This document shows positions 18,347-26,837 of a stretch of 64,000 bases of DNA, in pieces; the stretch's first letter is position 1, and every line of letters begins with the position of its first letter. Under the pieces are notes generated by a model. It did no database searches. It was not told the origin of the DNA and saw only the letters and a program-made list of their open reading frames with translations. Origin of the DNA: Methylophaga sp. UBA3192. Lineage in GTDB: Bacteria; Pseudomonadota; Gammaproteobacteria; Nitrosococcales; Methylophagaceae. The stretch is from NCBI RefSeq assembly GCF_002363955.1, contig NZ_DEXE01000008.1, one strand, 5' to 3'. The translations under genes were made by a program, and so were the position numbers.

Positions 18347-18964
18347 ATGTCGAAAATCTCAGGAATCCTGTTAGCCGCCGGAAAGTCATCCCGTTTTGGC
18401 CCAGACAAACTGTTATATGAGTTAACCATTGCCGGTATACGACAGCCTTTAATTCAGCACACTTTGTCAGCCTGGATTTCAGCGTTAGATACATTATCAG
18501 TTGTTATCAGAACGGATACACCGTTATTGAGACAAACTATTCAGAACGTTGCTGAATTTCATAATACTGAAATTAACGTGATTGAATGCCAAACCGCGAC
18601 GTTGGGCATGGGGCATAGCCTGAGCGCCGCAATTGCAGCTAATGTAAATGCTGATGGCTGGGTGATTGGTCTGGCAGATATGCCATTAATCCCGAGATCG
18701 GTATTAACGCAGGTTCATCAGAATTTAATATTGGGTGCCGATATTACAGCACCTTATTTTGAGCATAGGCGAGGCCATCCTGTTGGCTTTAAAGCTTGTT
18801 ATAAGGATGAGTTGTTGGCACTGAAGGGAGATTCCGGTGCCAAAAAACTGCTAGAAAGGGATATTGAAAAGATTCACAAAATCAAAACGGATTATCAGGG
18901 TGTGTTAGCTGATATTGATTATGTGAATGATGTGAGTATGATTGAGCGCTTCAGTAAATCTTAA
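18347..18964 (+). CDS. MobA-like nucleotidyltransferase (MocA-type Mo-cofactor cytidylyltransferase)
   Basis: GILLAAGKSSRFG N-terminus and LADMPLI motif. Confidence 0.8.
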   Translation: MSKISGILLAAGKSSRFGPDKLLYELTIAGIRQPLIQHTLSAWISALDTLSVVIRTDTPLLRQTIQNVAEFHNTEINVIECQTATLGMGHSLSAAIAANVNADGWVIGLADMPLIPRSVLTQVHQNLILGADITAPYFEHRRGHPVGFKACYKDELLALKGDSGAKKLLERDIEKIHKIKTDYQGVLADIDYVNDVSMIERFSKS

Positions 18965-19692
18965 TCCTGTCTGGCCCAGTTAGAGTGGCTGTCCAGGTAA
19001 TTTCGGTCAAAACCGGATATTTCAATGAGGCCTTCCAGATCCAGGATTTGAATATTGCCATTATGGGATTCGAGTAAACCTTCATCCCGTAATACTTTAA
19101 ATGTGCGGCTGACATGTACTGATGAAAGACTTAACGTGTCACCGATAACCGTTTGGTTCATTGGCAGTTCAAACTGGTCGGTATCGACATTCAGCCTGAC
19201 TTTCATTTCCACAATAAAATGCGCCAGTCTCTCAACTGCACTGCGACGACCAATATTGATTACCCGTTCAATCAGCATGGATTGTTCACGGGCAAGAATC
19301 AGGAAAAACAGATCGGTTAAACGAGGCGCCTGATCAAAAATTTCGGTTAAACGCTGGCGAGGAAACGGGCAGGCTTTTACTTCGGTTAATGTCCGAAACT
19401 CGGAAAGATTGCGATCAAAACTGATTTCACGCAGGCCAAGGATCTGTCCTGGCAGAAAAATATCCAGAACCTGTCGCTGACCATCTGCAAGTGTTCGTGT
19501 CGCACAGGCCCAGCCTGACTGAAGGGTAAAAAAACGTTCTGCTTTGCCTCCTTCAATTGCCATGGGCTGATCAGCGGTGAACTCCCGAGGATCTTTTTCC
19601 AATGCCATTAATAAGCTGATTTCGTGTTCATTAAGATCTGCAAACTTTTGAAACTGATGAACAATACAACTGCCAGGCAAAGATGAACTCAT
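18961..19692 (-). CDS. Crp/Fnr-family transcriptional regulator
   Basis: 243 aa. cNMP-binding-like fold plus C-terminal HTH (QTVIGDTLSLSSVHVSRTFKVLRDEGL). No FNR-type N-terminal Cys cluster. Confidence 0.85.
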   Translation of the reverse strand: MSSSLPGSCIVHQFQKFADLNEHEISLLMALEKDPREFTADQPMAIEGGKAERFFTLQSGWACATRTLADGQRQVLDIFLPGQILGLREISFDRNLSEFRTLTEVKACPFPRQRLTEIFDQAPRLTDLFFLILAREQSMLIERVINIGRRSAVERLAHFIVEMKVRLNVDTDQFELPMNQTVIGDTLSLSSVHVSRTFKVLRDEGLLESHNGNIQILDLEGLIEISGFDRNYLDSHSNWARQD

Positions 19693-19992
19693 AAGCGTCC
19701 CTTATATCCACTAAGAATTTATGATGGAAGTGAAATATACCCCTGAACCAGCTTAAGTCAATCTATATAGGTTTAAGCATGATTCAAAAAAAAGACACCA
19801 CCCATTAAACGGGCAGTGTCAAAGGAAATCATTTAAATTAATTTGAACGGGACCCGTTTCAAAATAATATTAAATGATTGGGGTGACAGTTATTTCATTT
19901 CAATCTGGTAACAATATACGTGTTAAATTTATAAACAGACCCGAAAAAGTTATTTATGGGTTAGTATTTTTATTTATTCAGATTGAATTATT

Positions 19993-20157
19993 TTAGAGAG
20001 GAGGTCGGCGTCCAGTTATAAAAAATATCAGTGCAAGGACTAACCCAACAACAAATAAAATCCAGGCAATGCTACTTGCTGTACCGGCAACACCCGATAG
20101 TCCTAAAGCACCTGCAATGATTGCAACAATTAGAAATGTTAACGCCCAACTAATCAT
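19993..20157 (-). CDS. UPF0391/DUF1328 (YtjA-like) small membrane protein, 54 aa
   Basis: Translated by eye: [54 protein letters not shown]. Too short for the ORF track. Confidence 0.75.
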   Translation of the reverse strand: MISWALTFLIVAIIAGALGLSGVAGTASSIAWILFVVGLVLALIFFITGRRPPL

Positions 20158-20372
20158 GGTATGTCCTTGTTTAATGTTGAATGGATTTACACGATAGGAC
20201 GATTATAAAAAAAGCTCCTTAACACAGGTTAAAGCAAAATTTAACTTAAAAAGTTAGCTTGGGAGTACACTAGTCAAAGTGACAAAATATACATTTTTCA
20301 AACGCTGATTAATATTTAACAGCGTTTCCGTAAAATAACATCCATAAACGCTATTAAATGAGGAACATAATT

Positions 20373-20558
20373 ATGTTAAACAATACGGATTCTAATTCTT
20401 TTCGGATTTTAGCTAAAATTTTACTGATGACTTTTGCTCTCTCAAGTGTTGGTTTTATTACGGCTTGTGATAACCAGGGCCCTGCGGAAGAAGCGGGTGA
20501 AGCGATAGATGAGAGTGTTGAAGAAGCAGGTGATGCTATTGAGGATGCAACAGATTAA
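20373..20558 (+). CDS. Small acidic lipoprotein (61 aa)
   Basis: ATG 20373 has GAGGAA 7 nt upstream. Lipobox ITAC. Internal repeat EEAGEAIDE / EEAGDAIED. Confidence 0.45.
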   Translation: MLNNTDSNSFRILAKILLMTFALSSVGFITACDNQGPAEEAGEAIDESVEEAGDAIEDATD

Positions 20559-20646
20559 TCGATTGAAGTAATCAGCTTAACTAAGCTGTCAGATTTGTAA
20601 CTGCCTTCTTTTGTGGCAGATAACTTTATTACAAGGAGATAGTTCA

Positions 20647-20919
20647 ATGGCAACAACTCAAGCTACTAATCAGGAACTTCAGGAACAACTGGATACATTG
20701 CGTAAAGATTTTGCAGAAGTGACAAAAACATTACGAGAAATGACGACGGCTTACGCCAAGGAAAGTCAGGATCGTGTCAAAGTCGCTGCAGGACAGGCGC
20801 AGGATCAAGTAAAAGAGTCTTTTACCAAAGTTCAAGGTGAAGTTGAAAGCCATCCATATAGCAGCATGGCTGTTGCTTTTGGTATTGGTTTGGTTCTTGG
20901 AAAAATTCTGGATCGTTAA
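20647..20919 (+). CDS. DUF883 (ElaB/YqjD/YgaM-type) membrane-anchored stress protein
   Basis: Start at MATTQ (AAGGAG upstream). Coiled N-terminal part and the C-terminal anchor PYSSMAVAFGIGLVLGKIL typical of DUF883. Confidence 0.8.
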   Translation: MATTQATNQELQEQLDTLRKDFAEVTKTLREMTTAYAKESQDRVKVAAGQAQDQVKESFTKVQGEVESHPYSSMAVAFGIGLVLGKILDR

Positions 20920-20962
20920 GCTGGCTTAAAATATATGTGGAAATGAGTAGCAGGAGATAAGC

Positions 20963-21397
20963 ATGAGCTGGCGTTCTAGAGTACAAATTAATACCGTGGC
21001 ATTATCATTGGCAACGCTGTTAGGCATATTTGCGCTCGGGTTCGCAGGCTTTGCAGTTTATCTGGCATTGTTGGTTCACTACCCTCCCAATATCGCTGCA
21101 GTTATCACAGCAGGAGGATATGCCTTGGCAGCTATTTTGGTGATATTAATAGCGAAATTTGCTGTTTATCGAACCAAAATAGCTTCGCCAGCCATACCCA
21201 AAGATAAAACACCGAATGTGGATGATATTGAAAATATTCTGCAAGCCGTAATAACCCCAGCGGTAAGTAAGATGATTCATCAACATCCAGGAAAATCCGT
21301 TATGGCTACTTTACTTGCCGGGCTGTTTGTCGGTTACAATGAAGAGACGCGTAATGCTGCAAAGAACGTTTTTAAACGTTTTTTTGACGAAAAATAA
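20963..21397 (+). CDS. Membrane protein, possibly YqjE/DUF1469-like
   Basis: Two long hydrophobic segments. The position after a DUF883 gene mirrors E. coli yqjD-yqjE. Confidence 0.5.
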   Translation: MSWRSRVQINTVALSLATLLGIFALGFAGFAVYLALLVHYPPNIAAVITAGGYALAAILVILIAKFAVYRTKIASPAIPKDKTPNVDDIENILQAVITPAVSKMIHQHPGKSVMATLLAGLFVGYNEETRNAAKNVFKRFFDEK

Positions 21398-21508
21398 AGC
21401 TTTTTGATATCCAGCATAATAGTTTGTCGTGAATTAACATTCGCTTTCAGTTCGTTGATATCAGGTAGGTGTGCTGTGGGGAAAAAACTGAACCGTACCG
21501 CAGGTAAA

Positions 21509-21832
21509 ATGCGGATAGAAACCTTACAAAATCAACGTAAGGAACGGCTCACAAAAGCAGGGCTATTGCTTGAAAGATGGGGGCAGCAGGAAAGAGTGCC
21601 AGCGCCGTTTGAATTGGAAATAAGCGAAGTTGATCCTGAGTTTATTGAAGATAAAATGACAGCCGAAGTCCTCAGTTCATTAACGATAGATCAAATGCGT
21701 ATCGCGCGACAGCATTGGTCTGAAGGTCATTCTGCTGCTGAAATTGCTGAATTTGAAGAGCAACCGAGAAACGAAATACGGCAGACATTGGGATTTGTTA
21801 TTGAACAAGTTGCCGATAAAGTTTTGAAGTAA
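21509..21832 (+). CDS. Hypothetical soluble protein (start uncertain; track ORF from 21404)
   Basis: ORF only; no motif recognised. Confidence 0.4.
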   Translation: MRIETLQNQRKERLTKAGLLLERWGQQERVPAPFELEISEVDPEFIEDKMTAEVLSSLTIDQMRIARQHWSEGHSAAEIAEFEEQPRNEIRQTLGFVIEQVADKVLK

Positions 21833-21870
21833 GCTGCCGATAACAGTTTTAGTTCACAAGGGAGTCGATT

Positions 21871-22062
21871 ATGGAAACAACGAACGTTGCTGCAATGGCA
21901 ACCCAGTTGTCCGTACAGCAATCTGCCCAGCAACAAATGGTCGCAACGCTTAAATTAAGCAATGATCAGATTGAAGCTCAGGGCCAGGCAGTATTAAAGC
22001 TACTCGATGCTGTTCCGATGCCACAGGGCAACTTGGGTAACATCGTTAATGTAAAAGTTTAA
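21871..22062 (+). CDS. YjfB-family small protein (putative motility protein family)
   Basis: 63 aa. The pattern ...MATQLSVQQSAQQQ...QGQAVLKLLD...GNIVNVKV matches my recollection of the YjfB_motility family. Confidence 0.6.
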   Translation: METTNVAAMATQLSVQQSAQQQMVATLKLSNDQIEAQGQAVLKLLDAVPMPQGNLGNIVNVKV

Positions 22063-22190
22063 TGGCTTAATTAACGCTTTTACGGAAGAATCATTCAAAC
22101 CACTCCAGTCCAATGTGCTCGGGTGGTTTTTTAATGCCTGAAAACCACGTAAGCTTCATTCCAGACCTCACTCAATGGAACAAACTGAAT

Positions 22191-23576
22191 ATGGAAACTT
22201 TGGTTGTAATTGTCTACCTGTTTTTTGTTTTGCTTATTGGTTTATGGGCGGGACGTGGCATAAAAAACATGCGTGATTATGCTCTGGCTGGTAAATCCTT
22301 CGGCACACTGGTGATTTTTGCCACGTTATCAGCCTCATTTATCGGCGGTGGATTTTCAATGGGTAATGCCGAAAAAGTATTTCTGGTCGGTATCAGTAAT
22401 ATTGTGGCCTTATGGGGTTTCAGCGTAAAAGAAATATTGGTTGCAAAATATATTGCGCCACAAATGATGCGTTATCCCAATGCCATTTCGGTCGGTGACA
22501 TTATGGATGAGCATTATGGCAAGGGAGCACGTCTGTTCAGTGGCGTATTTTCTCTGGCCTTATGCGCAGGTATTCTCGGCGCACAAATCGGTGCGATGGG
22601 CTATGTGTTTAATCTGTTTCTCGATGTAGATCGTGTCTGGGGAGTGTTGATTGGCTGCGGTATTGTTATTGCGTATGCAACAGTCGGCGGTATGCGCTCG
22701 GTGGTCTGGACCGATATTATTCAGTTTATTGTGCTTGCCGTCGGCATTCCGATGACACTGTATTTTGGTTTGCAGCATGTCGGTGGCTGGCAGGCCATGC
22801 AAACTAATTTACCCGAAGCGCATCTGACGCTGCCGACGGAGCCATTAGCGATTATCGCGTTATTATCATTATTTATGACGTTTATGCTGGGTGAAACATT
22901 AGTGCCGCCTTACCTGCAGCGTTTATTAATTGGCAAAAGCAGTAAAAATGTTATCCGTGGTTCTTTATTGAGCGGCTTGTTTTCAATTCCATTTTTTGCT
23001 GTTACCGGTTTAATCGGTCTGGTGGCATTAGCCATGCAGCCGACCTTAGATGCTAATTTAGCGATGCCTTATGTCATTCAGCAGGCCGTTCCGCCCATTA
23101 TGCAGGGTATTGTGGCCGCTGCGATTGTCTCGATTATCATGTCTTCTGCAGATTCATTTTTAAACTCAGCTTCGATTGCTTTCAGTAACGATATTGTCAC
23201 GCCTTTGCGTAAAACCCCATTAACAGCCAAAGCAGAATTAATGCTCGCTCGTGTGGTCACATTGCTGGTGGGTATTGCGTCGATGGTTTTTGCCCTGTCG
23301 ATTGATAGCGTGATTGATATTTTGATATACGCCTATAACTTCTGGGCTCCGACGGTTTTGGTACCTCTGATGATGGCGATTCTTGGCTGTTATGTGAGTC
23401 GTAAACGGTTTATTGCCGGTGCAGTAGCAGGTATCGGTTCAGCCATAATCTGGAATGTCATGTTGCAGCAACCGTGGCAAATTGATGCATTAGTGATTGG
23501 TTTTTTTGCTAATCTGATTGCCTTTACCAGTGTTGATAAAGCTGCTGCAAATAGCGCTAAGATCGCTCATAATTAA
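22191..23576 (+). CDS. Sodium:solute symporter family transporter
   Basis: Start moved to METLVVIVYLFF. About 13 TM segments. SSF-like GGMRSVVWTDIIQ motif. Confidence 0.85.
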   Translation: METLVVIVYLFFVLLIGLWAGRGIKNMRDYALAGKSFGTLVIFATLSASFIGGGFSMGNAEKVFLVGISNIVALWGFSVKEILVAKYIAPQMMRYPNAISVGDIMDEHYGKGARLFSGVFSLALCAGILGAQIGAMGYVFNLFLDVDRVWGVLIGCGIVIAYATVGGMRSVVWTDIIQFIVLAVGIPMTLYFGLQHVGGWQAMQTNLPEAHLTLPTEPLAIIALLSLFMTFMLGETLVPPYLQRLLIGKSSKNVIRGSLLSGLFSIPFFAVTGLIGLVALAMQPTLDANLAMPYVIQQAVPPIMQGIVAAAIVSIIMSSADSFLNSASIAFSNDIVTPLRKTPLTAKAELMLARVVTLLVGIASMVFALSIDSVIDILIYAYNFWAPTVLVPLMMAILGCYVSRKRFIAGAVAGIGSAIIWNVMLQQPWQIDALVIGFFANLIAFTSVDKAAANSAKIAHN

Positions 23577-23622
23577 TGGGTGTTTGATTATCTCTCGATA
23601 ATCAATATGTGAGGATAAACCG

Positions 23623-23883
23623 ATGAGAATATTGACACCGCGATTTTATCGACTGCTGCCTTTGCCGATATTCGTTGCATTGACTAGCTGTGCTGCCTAT
23701 AGCGTGGTCAATACTGACCGGTATTCCGGCTCATCCAGTGCGGTACCTGCCGAATATATTCCTTCACCGGGATTTTGTCGCATCTGGTATAAAAACCGTA
23801 CTCCTGAGCAGCAACCTGCTCAGGGTGACTGTGACAGGCTCAAGCAGAATGTACCTGAGAATGCCGTACTGTTAAAAGGCTGA
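23623..23883 (+). CDS. Small lipoprotein, unknown function
   Basis: Signal peptide with lipobox LTSC. Confidence 0.5.
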   Translation: MRILTPRFYRLLPLPIFVALTSCAAYSVVNTDRYSGSSSAVPAEYIPSPGFCRIWYKNRTPEQQPAQGDCDRLKQNVPENAVLLKG

Positions 23884-23956
23884 CTTTTATCATGTTTTTA
23901 AGCTAAGATTTATCGATGACTTTACGACTGCGGTATTTGTTATCATCAATTTATTG

Positions 23957-24223
23957 ATGGTCAGTGGTGTGACTGCGTCTGTCGCTCATCAGCCGGATGA
24001 TCATTATTCAGCGCATTTGAGCATCGTTCATAGTCATGCAGATCATGGACAGCATCACGATAATGTCGATCATGATCATCAGTTGCACCTGCATCTGATT
24101 GCTGATTTAGTCAGTTTCACTATGATTCTTCATACTCTGACAGCGGACGCTGTCAGCCGAACCAGTAGCAGTCAGCTGGTTACCTTGTATTATTCGCCCC
24201 TGTTACCCCCCCCCAACGCTTAA
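23957..24223 (+). CDS. His-rich small protein preceding czcCBA (N-terminus unresolved, possible frameshift)
   Basis: Contains HQPDDHYSAHLSIVHSHADHGQHHDNVDHDHQLHLH. See the finding on the upstream frame. Confidence 0.45.
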   Translation: MVSGVTASVAHQPDDHYSAHLSIVHSHADHGQHHDNVDHDHQLHLHLIADLVSFTMILHTLTADAVSRTSSSQLVTLYYSPLLPPPNA

Positions 24224-24281
24224 TTCCATAACGTTTTAAACAACTTAATGTTTTACTGCCGGCTTCTCAGCGGGTGGTGTT

Positions 24282-25589
24282 ATGGAGTTCATCATGAATT
24301 ATCAATCGAATTTGTTCGCTAACAGGCTATTGATCTGCCCGTTACTGTTAGCTTTGACTTTATGGGCCATGCCCGCACGAGCAGAAAACCAGCCGAGTCT
24401 TAATCTGACAACGGCGATCGAACGCACCTTACTGCAAAGCCCACAACTGCAACAATTTCCCTATCAACAGCGGGCACTGGAAGCGCAGAAACGGCAGGCC
24501 GGCTTGCCGCCTAATCCACAACTGCAGGCTGATTTGGAAAATGTATTGGGTACGGGGCAGAGCCGTGGTCTTTCCGGTGCAGAACTAACGCTATCGTTAA
24601 GTCAGCTGATTGAAATGGGCGATAAACGTTTGAAGCGCGTTGATCTGGTCGACGCCCGGTCCAGTCAGTTGCAACAGGATTTTGAGCGGCAACGTCTGGA
24701 TACTTTGTCTGATGTGGCCGCCAGGTATCTGCAGGCATTACGAGTCGATGCGTTATTAACCTGGAATCAACGGCGTATTCAAATTGAGCAGCAGGCCCTG
24801 GCGGTGATACAACAACGCGCGTCTGCCGGTGCTGTTGGACAGGCTGATGTATTACGGATGCAGCTTTTGCTTGAACGGTCAGAGTCCAGACAGCAGCAGC
24901 TCAATGGAGAACGTAAACTGGCCTACCAGCAATTAGCCGCTAGCTGGGGAGATGAGGTTGATTTTGCTCAGTTGGAAGGGCAATTGCAGCAATTGCCATC
25001 ATTGCCGGAACAGGAAACACTGGAACAGGCCATTCTAAGTTCCCCCGCTTTTTTACAAACTCATTCTTTAATTCGCTTACGTGAAGCGCAATTACGGCTG
25101 AGTGAGGCAAAATCCACAGCTGATTTCAGCTTTGGTGCCGGTATTCGGCGTTTGGAAGGACAAAATGACAACGCTCTGGTGTTCAGTTTTTCGATGCCGT
25201 TGCAGTTATACGATCGCAATCAGGGCAATATCGCTGCAGCCCATGCAGACTATGAAGCTGGAATTCTGCAGCAACAGCTGACTCAGACTGAATTGCGAAT
25301 GGCTTTACTGGAAATCTATCAGGCCATGCTGAATAACCATCAACAAATCGATAGGTTGCAAGAAAAACTTGTTCCGTTGACCCAAGAATTGTTGAAACAG
25401 ACTGAAACCGGTTATCAAACAGGCCAATACAACGTGTTGCAATGGATTGATGCACAGATCGAATCATTCAGCGTAGAGCGCGACCTGATCGAGGCACAAA
25501 CTGCAGTGCATCTCCAGCTACTTGAGTTGGAGCGGTTAACCGGGATGCCCTTGAGTCGTTCAATCTTTACTGCCAGTTATCAGGAATAG
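24282..25589 (+). CDS. czcC: Heavy-metal efflux outer-membrane factor (CzcC/TolC family)
   Basis: 435 aa with a signal peptide and TolC-type repeats. First gene of an RND tripartite operon. Confidence 0.85.
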   Translation: MEFIMNYQSNLFANRLLICPLLLALTLWAMPARAENQPSLNLTTAIERTLLQSPQLQQFPYQQRALEAQKRQAGLPPNPQLQADLENVLGTGQSRGLSGAELTLSLSQLIEMGDKRLKRVDLVDARSSQLQQDFERQRLDTLSDVAARYLQALRVDALLTWNQRRIQIEQQALAVIQQRASAGAVGQADVLRMQLLLERSESRQQQLNGERKLAYQQLAASWGDEVDFAQLEGQLQQLPSLPEQETLEQAILSSPAFLQTHSLIRLREAQLRLSEAKSTADFSFGAGIRRLEGQNDNALVFSFSMPLQLYDRNQGNIAAAHADYEAGILQQQLTQTELRMALLEIYQAMLNNHQQIDRLQEKLVPLTQELLKQTETGYQTGQYNVLQWIDAQIESFSVERDLIEAQTAVHLQLLELERLTGMPLSRSIFTASYQE

Positions 25590-25593
25590 CTTC

Positions 25594-26820
25594 ATGAAAT
25601 TAATCACATTATGTTTTAGCCTGCTGGCACTGATGAGTTCGGTGGTTCTAGCGGCAACTGAGCATGATCACAACGAACAACATGATCATGAAGAACCTAT
25701 CGAAGGGCCACATGGCGGACGGTTATTGGAAAACGACGATTTTGCCTTGGAAATAACCATTTATGAACAAGGCGTGCCGCCAGAAATGCGGGTTTATGCC
25801 TATCAACAGGGAAAGCCGGTCGATCCCGGGCAGATCAATTTAACCGTGACGTTAACTCGTCTGGATGATGAACAGAATCTTATCGACTTTATCGCCGAAG
25901 CAGACTATCTGCTGGGGGATACGGTTATTGAAGAGCCCCATTCGTTTGAAGTGGTTGTGGAAGCAGAATACCAGGGCAATTCACATCACTGGCATTTTGA
26001 CAGTTTTGAAGGTCGCAGCACGATAACGGATCGCATGATAACACTATCAGGAATAGAAACAGAGCTGGCTGGGCCTCATACCTTATCAATAACCAACGCT
26101 CTTTATGGTGTAGTCAGTGTTGCGGAGGATCGCCAGTATCGGGTGCATGCTCCCTATCCCGGCATTATTGAATCAGTGCTGGTCAACACTGGCGACAAGG
26201 TCAAAAAAGACCAGGTGTTAGTGACCGTTCGTAATCAAACCACTTTACAAAGTTATTCTATCCGTAGTCCTGCAAACGGTGAGATAACCGAGCGTATGGC
26301 CAATGTAGGCGATCACAGTGATATGGGCAGTTTGCTGGAAATCAGTGATTTATCACGGGTCTGGATAGAGTTGTCGATGTTTCCAGCGGATATCGAACAG
26401 TTACGTGTCGGTATGCCGGTTGTCGTCAAGGACTTACACCAACATGAATCGGCTGAGGGAAAGATCAGCTATATCTCGCCCAAAATGACAGGCGGACATA
26501 TTGCTCGCGCCCGTGCTGAAATTACTAATGCTGAAGGACATTGGCGGCCCGGCATGCATATCAATGCTGAAGTGACCGTGGAGCAATATCCTGCTGAATT
26601 AGCGGTAAAACGCAATGCCATTCAACTTTATCGTGATATGCCGGTGGTGTTTGTCCGTTATGGAAATACCTTTGAAGTCAGAATGCTTCAACTGGGCAAG
26701 CCGGATAAGGACTATATCGAGGTGCTTTCAGGCCTGAAACCCGGCAGTGAATACGTGACAACAAATAGTTTTCTGCTCAAGGCGGAGGTGCTCAAGTCCG
26801 GCGCCACCCATGATCACTAA
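25594..26820 (+). CDS. czcB: Efflux RND periplasmic adaptor (CzcB-like) with His-rich termini
   Basis: 408 aa. N-terminal EHDHNEQHDHEEPIEGPHGG and C-terminal GATHDH. Biotinyl-lipoyl-like hairpin (GDKVKKDQVLV). Confidence 0.85.
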   Translation: MKLITLCFSLLALMSSVVLAATEHDHNEQHDHEEPIEGPHGGRLLENDDFALEITIYEQGVPPEMRVYAYQQGKPVDPGQINLTVTLTRLDDEQNLIDFIAEADYLLGDTVIEEPHSFEVVVEAEYQGNSHHWHFDSFEGRSTITDRMITLSGIETELAGPHTLSITNALYGVVSVAEDRQYRVHAPYPGIIESVLVNTGDKVKKDQVLVTVRNQTTLQSYSIRSPANGEITERMANVGDHSDMGSLLEISDLSRVWIELSMFPADIEQLRVGMPVVVKDLHQHESAEGKISYISPKMTGGHIARARAEITNAEGHWRPGMHINAEVTVEQYPAELAVKRNAIQLYRDMPVVFVRYGNTFEVRMLQLGKPDKDYIEVLSGLKPGSEYVTTNSFLLKAEVLKSGATHDH

Positions 26821-26837
26821 GACCTTTGGAGCAGAAG

